DNA from: a cyanobacterium endosymbiont of Epithemia turgida isolate EtSB Lake Yunoko
GTDB taxonomy: Bacteria; Cyanobacteriota; Cyanobacteriia; Cyanobacteriales; Microcystaceae
Length of the DNA stretch: 32,000 nucleotides
Direction: 5' to 3'
Assembly (NCBI RefSeq): GCF_000829235.1
Contig: NZ_AP012549.1
Span: forward strand, 2,490,001-2,522,000
Part shown: one piece after another, positions 1 to 8,009 of the stretch
Numbering within the stretch: position 1 is the first letter of the stretch
Layout of the letters: every line of letters begins with the position of its first letter
The notes under the pieces: model-generated
The model's database searches: none
What the model was told of the DNA's origin: nothing
What the model saw: only the letters and a program-made list of their open reading frames with translations
Program-made: the position numbers and the translations under genes

Positions 1-666
1 TCCTAGGACAATCTTAATGGCTTCAGTGGCTTGGATTGTTCCAATAATACCACAAAGTACGCCTAAAACTCCCCCTTCTGCACAAGAAGGAACCATTCCA
101 GGAGGTGGAGGTTCGGGATATAAGTCACGGTAGTTAGGACCTCCTTGGTAGTTAAAGACCGTTGCTTGTCCTTCGAAGCGAAAGATCGACCCATAGATAT
201 TGGGTTTATTAAGTAAAACGCAAGCATCATTAGTCAAATACCGAGTTGGGAAATTATCCGTCCCATCAATAACAACATCATAGGACTTAAGAATTTCTAG
301 CGCATTTTCCGAAGATAAGTGAGTTTCATATAAATTTACTTGGCAGTAGGGGTTAATCTGTAAAATTCGGTCTTTTGCGGATTGAATTTTTGGTTTTCCT
401 ATCCAAGATATCCCATGAATGATTTGACGTTGTAAGTTAGAACTATCAACAATATCAAAGTCAACAATTCCAATACATCCAATTCCTGCGGCCGCTAAGT
501 ACAGGAGTAAAGGAGATCCAAGTCCCCCTGTCCCTATACACAGAACACTGGCTGCCTTGAGGCGTTTTTGTCCATCTAGTCCTACTTCTGGAAGAATAAT
601 GTGACGAGAGTATCTTTGAAACTCTTCTTTATCGAGTTCGATTTCTTGTAAATTGGGATTTAGCAT
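1..666 (-). CDS. moeB: MoeB/ThiF-family adenylyltransferase (E1-like sulfur-carrier activating enzyme). N-terminal ~222 codons only; the 3' part runs off the window edge.
   Basis: My own minus-strand translation from the ATG at 666..664 reads MLNPNLQEIELDKEEFQRYSRHIILPEVGLDGQKRLKAASVLCIGTGGLGSPLLLYLAAAGIG...DGTDNFPTRYLTNDACV...PSCAEGGVLG. It shows the GxGxxG nucleotide loop and ThiF/MoeB core blocks, and the N-terminus is typical of cyanobacterial MoeB. It is absent from the ORF track because it is open at the window edge. Confidence 0.9.
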   Translation of the reverse strand, partial: MLNPNLQEIELDKEEFQRYSRHIILPEVGLDGQKRLKAASVLCIGTGGLGSPLLLYLAAAGIGCIGIVDFDIVDSSNLQRQIIHGISWIGKPKIQSAKDRILQINPYCQVNLYETHLSSENALEILKSYDVVIDGTDNFPTRYLTNDACVLLNKPNIYGSIFRFEGQATVFNYQGGPNYRDLYPEPPPPGMVPSCAEGGVLGVLCGIIGTIQATEAIKIVLG

Positions 667-859
667 AGGCGTCGCCTGACTAATTAAGTGTCACGTTAGT
701 TTCTTGATAAGCACTCAACCAGTTATTGTAGCAGATCTCTTTTAACTGAATATCTACATATAGAAAAACCTTAGCTTATACTCCTGCTGTATTAACTTTA
801 ATTGACATTTCTTTTATCAACTATTTAAAAGTAAATTATTTACCCAATCTATAATTAGC

Positions 860-2097
860 GATGATTTTAATATAAATTAAATTTTAAGTTTATTAAAAAT
901 TACTCATATTTAGTTAAATAAAAATTAACCTACTATATATTTTTTTATAAAATTAAATAATTAAGCGTATATTTTTTTAGTAAAATTTTAATTTTATTTT
1001 TTCTATTTTTATTTACCAATGTAGCTGGTTTAAGTGCTGGTTTGGCGGGATTAATGATGTTGGTAGGTAAAGTATCAAATAGGATTAATGTTCCAGTCAT
1101 TGATTAGTTGAGCGATCATACTTATTTTTATTGGAAAAGATGCTATCCTTGGATGTTATTTAGAGCAGTTCATTTGGGAATAACTTCTATTTTATCATGA
1201 GGAGTTAGTCTTACTAGTAATTATATATTTTTATCTATTATAAAGTGGCTTATTGATTATTTAATAAATATTAAATATCAGGTTTTTACCCTATTAAAAT
1301 TGATCTATTTAGTTAAATATGATAGAATATATATAAAATTTATTAATTTTTAATCTTACTATCAGAATTTTTTTATAGCCTTTCCACAAATAATTTTTGC
1401 AAAGATTCATAATACAAAACAACAGTATTTGTTAATGAAATTAATTTTTTCTTTACTCGCAATACTGATAAAAAGGAATGAAAATTATACTTTATCTTTT
1501 ACAAAATAATTATGTTTGGTATTTAATAATTGTTATTTGTTGAGTATTTAAATAATTAAATTAATTATTTTTTTATATAACTTATTATATTAAATCACGA
1601 ACAATTTGCGTTATGTAAATTGCTATTATACCTAAAAGTACAGTATTATTTATACTACTTTTTTTAAGGGTATACCTTCTATAATTTGTGTAGGATTAGG
1701 ACTATTTTTTTTTACAATCAGGACAAGTAGTATTATTGCATTTTTTGCTGTTATGGCTGGTATTGGAATTGCAACTGCTTATATTGTTCCCTGGTCAATG
1801 TTGCTGGATGTAATAGATTGAGATGAGTTAAATACTGGATAAAGACGAGAAGGTATTTTTTTTTTAGTAGTGGAATAGTCATAAAAAATAGAAGTTGCTT
1901 TAGCCTTGTTTTTTATAAGTAAAATCTTAGATTGGTCAGGGTATATTGGTTCCGGTGGAAGAGTACAAGCAGAGTCAACTTTATGGGTAATTTTGATTAT
2001 TGTCAGCCCTATTTATACAGGGACTTTATTCATTGGATTAGTTTTAGGCTATTTTTGTCTAATTACTCGACAAGTTCACTGGGAAATATTACTTTGA
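860..2097 (+). pseudogene. Decayed GPH-family (glycoside-pentoside-hexuronide / MFS) sugar:cation symporter.
   Basis: 1018-1170 translates NVAGLSAGLAGLMMLVGKVSNRINVPVID*LSDHTYFYWKRCYPWMLFRAVHLGI, against the remembered family block DAINDP.IGWLSDRT.SRWGRR.PWML. 1747-1860 translates AVMAGIGIATAYIVPWSMLLDVID*DELNTG*RREGIFF, against the family block PW.MLPDVIDYDEL.TGQRREG. In-frame stops lie at 1105, 1819 and 1840. The middle (about 1200-1650) is unreadable AT-rich sequence. The last 63 codons are track ORF 1906..2097. The 5' boundary is approximate. Confidence 0.7.
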
Positions 2098-2239
2098 CTT
2101 AGTTCTCATCATGCCTATTTAAAATAGTCTTAAAAAGAGATTAACTGACTTCAATTACGTCCTAATGCAGCACAAGATAACATATACTGTCGTTAGATAA
2201 TTTAGAATTGACTCACTTTAAATGGACAATAGCTTAGTT

Positions 2240-2716
2240 CTAATCAACTCTTATGATTTTTATATCTTCATGTTTAAAATTTTTTGTATCATCTAACTGC
2301 CAACTTGTAACCCTATTAACTTGATTTGAAGTAGTTGAAACAATAATATATGAATATTCAGCCCAAGCGATTGCCCGATCAAATTCTGAGGGAACGGCTA
2401 TATGATTAGGATGGGAATGGTAAATACCAATAATCTGCAATTGACGATTACGGGCTTCTTTTTGTATTTTTACAAGTATTGACGGGGCAATACTAAAACG
2501 GTTATGCTTGCCTAAATATTGGTCGACATTATCAATAATATTGGGTAATATCTTATTTTCTTCGAGAGTCCAATTATTTTTTGTTGGAAAAACTTCAATT
2601 ATTTGTTTTTGATTGTTTTTAAGCACACCAAGAAGCAAACCACAACATTCTTCTGGATAAATTGTCAAGGCGTGGTTATAAATCTGATTTAGGTGCTTTA
2701 AAGTAATAAAAATCAC
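2240..2716 (-). CDS. JAMM/MPN+ (Mov34/PAD-1 family) metalloprotease, 158 aa.
   Basis: This is a track ORF. It has the upstream Glu in YPEECCG and an intact JAMM motif HSHPNHIAVPSEFD (H-x-H-x7-S-x2-D). Length matches stand-alone prokaryotic JAB proteins. Confidence 0.85.
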   Translation of the reverse strand: MIFITLKHLNQIYNHALTIYPEECCGLLLGVLKNNQKQIIEVFPTKNNWTLEENKILPNIIDNVDQYLGKHNRFSIAPSILVKIQKEARNRQLQIIGIYHSHPNHIAVPSEFDRAIAWAEYSYIIVSTTSNQVNRVTSWQLDDTKNFKHEDIKIIRVD

Positions 2717-2856
2717 AACGTTCAGTTTTAAGTTAAATTAAAATTATTGTAATGTAAATCTAAGCAAAATACAGTCTTGACTCCTAAACTAATTATCAGT
2801 TTATTATTCATCTTGAGGTACTTCACCTAAACTTAATCCTCAACGGAGAGGTCAAG

Positions 2857-2884
2857 TTGTCAAAGATTTTGGTATGGTTATAAT
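2857..2884 (+). promoter_or_regulatory. Candidate sigma70-type promoter for the 2948 gene.
   Basis: TTGTCA at 2857-2862, a 16-nt spacer, then TATAAT at 2879-2884, about 60 nt upstream of the ATG at 2948. This is a hexamer match only. Confidence 0.35.
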
Positions 2885-2947
2885 CAATGAGTCTTTTGGC
2901 TATCAATTAGGAGTACGGGAGCATGATTTTAGAGGTAATGAAAATTC

Positions 2948-3271
2948 ATGGATAGTAGTGACTGGATGAAACAGTTATTGTTAGTAGGAATCGGTACAAC
3001 CTCACTAGTTGCCGAAAAAATCAAAGAGGTAAGTGATCAGTGGGTTAAAGATGGCCGAATCGATTCGAAAGAAGCTCAAAGATTTGTTGAGGATGTAATG
3101 CAACAGATTAAAGTAGGACAAGGTAACTTTGAAAGTACGATGGAACGTCAATTGCAAAACATGCTACAAGATTTAGGCGTTTCTCGTCAGTCCGAAATGG
3201 ATGAATTGCGTGGGCGTATTGATCGTTTAGAACGTCAGATTAGAGATCTAGAAAACAAAATGTGGCGTTAG
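2948..3271 (+). CDS. Small coiled-coil protein of the phasin family (COG3937-like), 107 aa.
   Basis: This is a track ORF. The N-terminal block LLLVGIGTTSLVAEKIKEVSDQWVKDG resembles the phasin/PHA-granule-regulator family signature. The C-terminus is a charged heptad-like helix (ELRGRIDRLERQIRDLENK). Family assignment is from memory. Confidence 0.55.
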   Translation: MDSSDWMKQLLLVGIGTTSLVAEKIKEVSDQWVKDGRIDSKEAQRFVEDVMQQIKVGQGNFESTMERQLQNMLQDLGVSRQSEMDELRGRIDRLERQIRDLENKMWR

Positions 3272-3737
3272 GTCAAGCAAGTAAAGTTAAAAAAAATAAT
3301 TATGCTGTAGATTTATATTAGTTTTGGGATTATTACCGCTTTTAGCTTGCTTATTATTCTTGGTGAGATTTTTGTTTAACACGCCAAACAAAATACAGGC
3401 AATCACCGAAGGTAAGCTTTCAATGATTGCTTCTCTAACGAATAGAGAATTATTACAAATAGCCTTAAACACTTTAAATCAAGGGAATCAACAAAATGGA
3501 GCCCCAAAATACTGTTGAAACTGATTGTGGACTTTAATACGTCAAAATTAAAGAAGGGATAAAAGATTTTCTAAGTAAAAGCCAGACACTGACGGCACAC
3601 CATACGGAAATCCTAGAGAATGGGAAAAAAATTTAACAGTTTTTGTTATTGTAGCCGACTCTTCTCCTTCAGAATCGCTGTGGGACAAGTAATTAAAGTG
3701 TAGGACGGAGGAGTAATAAGTATGAAAGTAGGAAGCT

Positions 3738-3772
3738 GCCGTACCCTAATTTTACTGAAATTAGGGTACGGC
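3738..3772. repeat. Perfect 15-bp stem / 5-nt loop hairpin inside a locally GC-richer island.
   Basis: gccgtaccctaattt (3738-3752), tactg loop, aaattagggtacggc (3758-3772), exact reverse complements. It is followed by ggggtagagggggcg. There is no adjacent ORF and no U-run on either strand. Confidence 0.6.
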
Positions 3773-4375
3773 GCAAGGGGTAGAGGGGGCGTTATTCCTC
3801 CCAATGCTACCTCAGGTTTTAATTTAGGATTGTTAGGAATAAAATTAATTTTTCCTATTTAAATATAAATTTAAAATGTCTAATAACTTAGACTATTAAT
3901 CGATCTTTTCAAAGCTGAAAATAAATCCTGGTAATGTCTCTTCATTAATCCGGATAGAATATAAAATTTCTCTGAATTTATTAAAAATGTATTCCTCTAT
4001 CATTGACATTTTGTACATAAGTATTAGGATAAGATTTTTTTGACGTGGAATAACTATTTTGTTAAAGCTACAATCCTTATCTCTAGCTTAAAATTAGGTA
4101 GGTTCTCCGCGACGTTATATCTGCCGGCTAGACGTGATCAAAGTACTAAAATTAAAATCAACTAAACCCCTATGCACTAAAGGCAATGTAAAAAAACTGT
4201 CTCAAACTTTTATAAGCAACCTGGGCCTTTGTTTGAAGTCTGGTATATTTTTCAGGGTCTTGTTGAGATAGAAGGGGAGGTAGATTTTGATTAAAAGATC
4301 TAGGCATTAGAGGACTATAGTGAGAGTTATTGCTATTTGGTCCCATCATTTGCGATATACTGAGTAGTTGGCAGT

Positions 4376-4447
4376 GCCGATGTAGCTCAGTGGTAGAGCA
4401 TTCGATTCGTAATCGAACGGTCGGCGGTTCAAGTCCGCTCATCGGCT
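4376..4447 (+). tRNA. tRNA-Thr (anticodon CGU).
   Basis: A manual cloverleaf fits. Acceptor GCCGATG/CATCGGC, D stem GCTC/GAGC, anticodon stem TTCGA/TCGAA with loop TTCGTAA (anticodon CGT), T arm GGCGG-TTCAAGT-CCGCT. Length 72 nt, with no encoded CCA. Confidence 0.93.
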
Positions 4448-5274
4448 TTAAGAGAGAATAAAGACTTTATTAGTTTGTTACCATGAAATTGAGAACCAAG
4501 TGACTCTCTCAATAGAGTATATCTTTTAAAAAAAAATAGAGAGATAAATTCAGGTCGTAGAAGTAAAAATCAGTAAATAAACAATCTTTCAGTCAGCAGC
4601 TAAGTAAGAATCATAGGCAAAGTTTTCATCATGGAAAGTTAGTTGATTTCTTTGGGATGGAGTCCTCTCGCTCACAGCATCTCCAATCCAAAATTTTTGT
4701 CAAATTTTTTGGGAAGAGATAATGGTCAAGCAAAACTTTCTACAATGAGCTCTATAAGACAATCCCAAGGCTAGTTAAAATTATAAAATATTAATTTGAA
4801 AACATAGAGAAACTTCAGTATGTTGTAATTTAAAAACTTAGCTTCAATAAAAGACTATCTAGTTAAGATTATATTCATGTGTAGTTATTAGAAAAAAAAG
4901 ACAACATTAATTGAATATAAAAGAGCTAAATTGAGTATTTTTCATGCATTGAAGATATGGAATAGATAGTCTCTATAAGAGGTCTGATACTCATTAGTTC
5001 TCTGAAATAAAGAATTACTGACACCCTTGTGTCGCTAATATTAGTATCTTTTTCTTAGTCTTCAGTTATTTAGTAGGTTCTCTATTTATGCCAAACATAA
5101 CTTTTGGTTTATAACGATGTTTAGAATGGCAGAAATATACTTTATTACTCTGACAAACTACAGATTTTAATTACTTTTTAAAAGTATAGATAAATTAAGT
5201 TATATAAAACTCCAAAACTGATTTATATTTTTAAATCCCAAAATATACAGGGAAAACAAATTTTCTAGTTTAAA

Positions 5275-6013
5275 ATGGATACAATAAACATAATATTCTT
5301 AATATTGCTATTCATAATTTTTTTATGTCGGAATTATTATAAAAGCTTGATAGCTTGGGAAGGTTTATTTTTACACCTAATGTAGATCATTCAATAAAAT
5401 TATGCACTGCTCCTGAACTACAAGAGGCTTATCGACAGTCTAACTACTAAGTGTGCGACAGCACAATTGTTCAACACGCCTCTAAATTTTTTGGAACTCC
5501 TCTTATAGAAAAATTTTCTGGCTTGGACTTATTTCCTGCTTTTGATAAAAAATAGAAATAATTCAAGTATATAGAAATAATTCAAGTATTAAGATATATT
5601 TACTAGGGTCTAGAAAAGATATTGCCCAACAAGCTCAAAATAAAATCAATCAAAAACTGAGGCGTGAAATTATTGTTGATTGTTATTCTCCTGTTTTTGA
5701 GAAAGATGATAAGGAATACGAGAATATCCTAGAAAAAATTCGCACCTCAGTAGCAACAGTTCTAGTTGTCGTTTTAGGGGCTCTTACACAGGAAAAGTGG
5801 ATTAGCAAATACAAAAAACAACTATCCAATGTTATAATTTTTCTAGCAATTGCAGCAACTATTGATTTTAAAATAGTTTATGAACTCCGTTCACCAAAAT
5901 GGATTAGTGAGGTGCTACTAGTATTAGTATACCGTCTTCTTTCTGAACCTAGACGTTTTTAAAAGTGGTATTTAGTTGAATCTATTCCTTTCTTTTGATT
6001 AATTTTTAAATAA
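5275..6013 (+). pseudogene. Decayed WecG/TagA/CpsF-family glycosyltransferase.
   Basis: 5364-5450 translates FIFTPNVDHSIKLCTAPELQEAYRQSNY*, continuing VCDSTIVQHASKFFGTPLIEKFSGLDLFPAFDKK*. 5594-5962 translates IYLLGSRKDIAQQAQNKINQKL..VVLGALTQEKWISKY..AATIDFKIVYELRSPKWISEVLLVLVYRLLSEPRRF*, then KWYLVESIPFF*LIFK*. These match remembered family blocks TPNVDH, GAPKQEKWI, GATIDF..G...RAP.W, GLEWLYRLL.EP.R.WKRY. The N- and C-terminal halves are in different frames with several in-frame stops. Confidence 0.8.
5552..5589 (+). repeat. Perfect 19-bp tandem duplication (2 copies) inside the glycosyltransferase pseudogene.
   Basis: atagaaataattcaagtat occurs at 5552-5570 and again at 5571-5589. Confidence 0.95.
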
Positions 6014-6102
6014 ACACTACGATCTATTAAGAAAACTTCTTTCTGTGAGATTTGTAGAAGTGTTTTATCCTGAACTTTCAAGTCTCGAAATACTAGCTTA
6101 TT

Positions 6103-6147
6103 AGATTAATAATAAGGGTTGGCATTGCCAACCCTTATTATTAATCT
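6103..6147 (-). terminator. Long palindromic hairpin directly after icd, a likely intrinsic terminator.
   Basis: agattaataataagggttggca (6103-6124), t, tgccaacccttattattaatct (6126-6147). The 22-bp arms are exact reverse complements. The right arm overlaps the icd stop codon (6146-6148) by 2 nt. The GC-rich core is GGGTTGGCA/TGCCAACCC. Confidence 0.55.
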
Positions 6148-7573
6148 AATCCACAAAATGATCAATAATTGCCTGAGCAAACTCTGAACATTTTAAAGGA
6201 GAATCAACAGGAGGTTCCATTAACCTGGCTAAATCATAAGTTACTTCGCGGTTAACAATCGCGTTTCCAACGCCTTTTTTAATCAAATCTGCCGCTTCTT
6301 GCCATCCCAGGTATTCTAACATCATTACCCCAGATAAAATCACTGAACCAGGATTAATTCTATCTAAACCTGCATGTTTGGGTGCAGTTCCGTGAGTAGC
6401 TTCAAAAATAGCACACGTATCCCCAAGATTAGCACCAGGACCCATGCCTAAACCCCCAACCACAGCAGCAGCAGCATCAGAGAGATAGTCCCCGTTTAGG
6501 TTCATAGTTGCAAGGATAGAATATTCATCGGGACGGGTTTGAATTTGTTGAAAAATACTGTCAGCAATACGGTCGTTGACCATGATCTTATTATTCCATT
6601 TTCTATCCCCGTGACTATCCCAAATTGACTCTAAAACCGATGCAATTTCAGTACATACTTCTTTTTTCTTTTCAGAGGGCAAAGAATCGTAACCAGGTTC
6701 GACTTTACGCGCATTATCTTCAATACTAATACTAGGATGACCTTCTTTATTGCTTAAAATCCAAGATTCTCGTTCTGTAACGCAGACATTGCGAAATTCT
6801 GTCGTAGCTAGTTCATAACCCCAGTCACGAAAAGCCCCTTCGGTATACTTCATTATATTTCCTTTATGGACTAAGGTAACCATTTGTTTGGTTTTAGGTA
6901 GACATAATGCGTGCTCCACGGCACGGCGAACTAGTCGTTGAGAACCTGTTTTACTAATGGGTTTAATCCCAATTCCCGCGTCAGGGGGAATACGTTTTTT
7001 CCTATGTTCAGGAGTTAGAGGAATTAATTCATCATTGAGATATTTAATCAAATTTTGCGCAATTTCTGTGCCCTCACGCCATTCAATTCCTAAATAAATA
7101 TCTTCGGTATTTTCTCTGTAAACAATAATGTCAAGTTTTTCGGGTGATTTGTGGGGAGAAGGAGTCCCATGATAGTAACGACAGGGACGAACACACGCAT
7201 AGAGGGTAAAAATTTGCCGTAATGCAACGTTGAGTGAACGAATCCCCCCACCGACGGGAGTAGTTAAGGGTCCTTTAATAGCGATACCATATTCTCTAAT
7301 AGCTTTAAGAGTATCATCGGGCAAATATTGATAGGTTCCATACAGGTTGCACGCTTCATCTCCTGCATAGACTTTAAACCAGTTCACTTGGCGTTTGTCT
7401 CCATACGCAGTGGCAATCGCAGCATCGATTACCCTTTTGGTAGCAGGCCAAATGTCCACACCTATTCCATCGCCTCGAATGAAAGGAATAATTGGATCAT
7501 CTGGAACAATAGGCTTACCGCCTTCATAAATTATTTTAGAACCAGTGGTTGGGGGTATTAGTTTCTCGTACAT
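6146..7573 (-). CDS. icd: NADP-dependent isocitrate dehydrogenase, 475 aa.
   Basis: This is a track ORF. It aligns in my memory full-length with bacterial/cyanobacterial Icd ([40 protein letters not shown] blocks). Length is as in cyanobacterial Icd. Confidence 0.95.
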   Translation of the reverse strand: MYEKLIPPTTGSKIIYEGGKPIVPDDPIIPFIRGDGIGVDIWPATKRVIDAAIATAYGDKRQVNWFKVYAGDEACNLYGTYQYLPDDTLKAIREYGIAIKGPLTTPVGGGIRSLNVALRQIFTLYACVRPCRYYHGTPSPHKSPEKLDIIVYRENTEDIYLGIEWREGTEIAQNLIKYLNDELIPLTPEHRKKRIPPDAGIGIKPISKTGSQRLVRRAVEHALCLPKTKQMVTLVHKGNIMKYTEGAFRDWGYELATTEFRNVCVTERESWILSNKEGHPSISIEDNARKVEPGYDSLPSEKKKEVCTEIASVLESIWDSHGDRKWNNKIMVNDRIADSIFQQIQTRPDEYSILATMNLNGDYLSDAAAAVVGGLGMGPGANLGDTCAIFEATHGTAPKHAGLDRINPGSVILSGVMMLEYLGWQEAADLIKKGVGNAIVNREVTYDLARLMEPPVDSPLKCSEFAQAIIDHFVD

Positions 7574-7714
7574 AGAATTATTTTATACTTAATGTCATCT
7601 TTCAATTACACTCCCTCAATGAATCAATTTCTTCATCTCTTAAGGAAATTTATGTAAGTTAGGGAGAGTAACTATTCTTTTATAAACTTAGTATGTTAGG
7701 ATAATATCCTGTAC

Positions 7715-7788
7715 GGACGTATAGCTCAGCTGGTTAGAGTACATCGTTGACATCGATGGGGTCACTGGTTCGATTCCAGTTACGTCCA
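7715..7788 (+). tRNA. tRNA-Val (anticodon GAC).
   Basis: A manual cloverleaf fits. Acceptor GGACGTA/TACGTCC, D arm GCTC-AGCTGGTTA-GAGT, anticodon stem CATCG/CGATG with loop TTGACAT, T arm ACTGG-TTCGATT-CCAGT. Length 74 nt, with no encoded CCA. Confidence 0.93.
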
Positions 7789-8009
7789 TATCTAATGGAA
7801 AGAATTTGTATAAAAAAATATTAAATTCCCTGCAGGAATGACATCTTTTGGACAAGATTCAATGGTACTGTGTGAAAAAGCATGTTAAGTTGATATGTAC
7901 TGTATTGCTCATGCTAGATCATAAATTTGAACTTCTACAAACCGTATATTAGGCTAATAAAGATTTAAACTATTAAGATATAGTCCCACTAACGGCATAC
8001 TGAAAAACA

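Noticed and set aside
1-2716. E1-like plus JAB pair as a CBASS type II / Bil-like anti-phage ubiquitin-like module.
   Set aside because: The E1-like protein has the canonical housekeeping cyanobacterial MoeB N-terminus. No E2, cyclase, effector or Ubl gene accompanies it. A sulfur-carrier pathway role is far more likely.
3287-3518. Overlapping 61-aa (minus) and 64-aa (plus) track ORFs after the phasin-like gene.
   Set aside because: They overlap each other on opposite strands in AT-rich sequence. Neither has a recognisable motif, RBS or canonical start, and the plus ORF seems to use a non-ATG start. The plus ORF has a hydrophobic N-terminus with LLAC, but that is a poor lipobox. They are probably relics or noise.
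3540-4375. tmRNA, RNase P RNA, SRP RNA or 6S RNA in the ORF-free region next to tRNA-Thr.
   Set aside because: None of the signature sequences I know is present: the tRNA-like ends and tag ORF of tmRNA, GAGGAAAGTCC of RNase P, or the SRP domain IV motif. The region is kept only as an unassigned structured-island finding.
4170-4442. 90-aa minus-strand track ORF.
   Set aside because: Its first ~22 codons are the reverse complement of the well-formed tRNA-Thr (4376-4447). The remainder is low-complexity with no family resemblance, so it is an artefact.
7328-7561. 77-aa plus-strand ORF inside icd.
   Set aside because: It is antisense to a strongly supported gene. The same applies to 9637-9996 and 10007-10207 (inside the caspase-fold gene), 10778-11032 (antisense to acpP) and 15489-15740. 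It also applies to 19906-20100, 20567-20818, 22086-22427, 24113-24334 (antisense to atx1), 26974-27288, 27504-27698 and 30704-30928.
7574-7714. NtcA binding site (GTA-N8-TAC) upstream of icd, which is NtcA-regulated in some cyanobacteria.
   Set aside because: The best candidate, gta-tgttagga-taa (7691-7704), has a mismatched half-site. It lacks a properly spaced -10 on the icd strand. Another near-match lies inside tRNA-Val.
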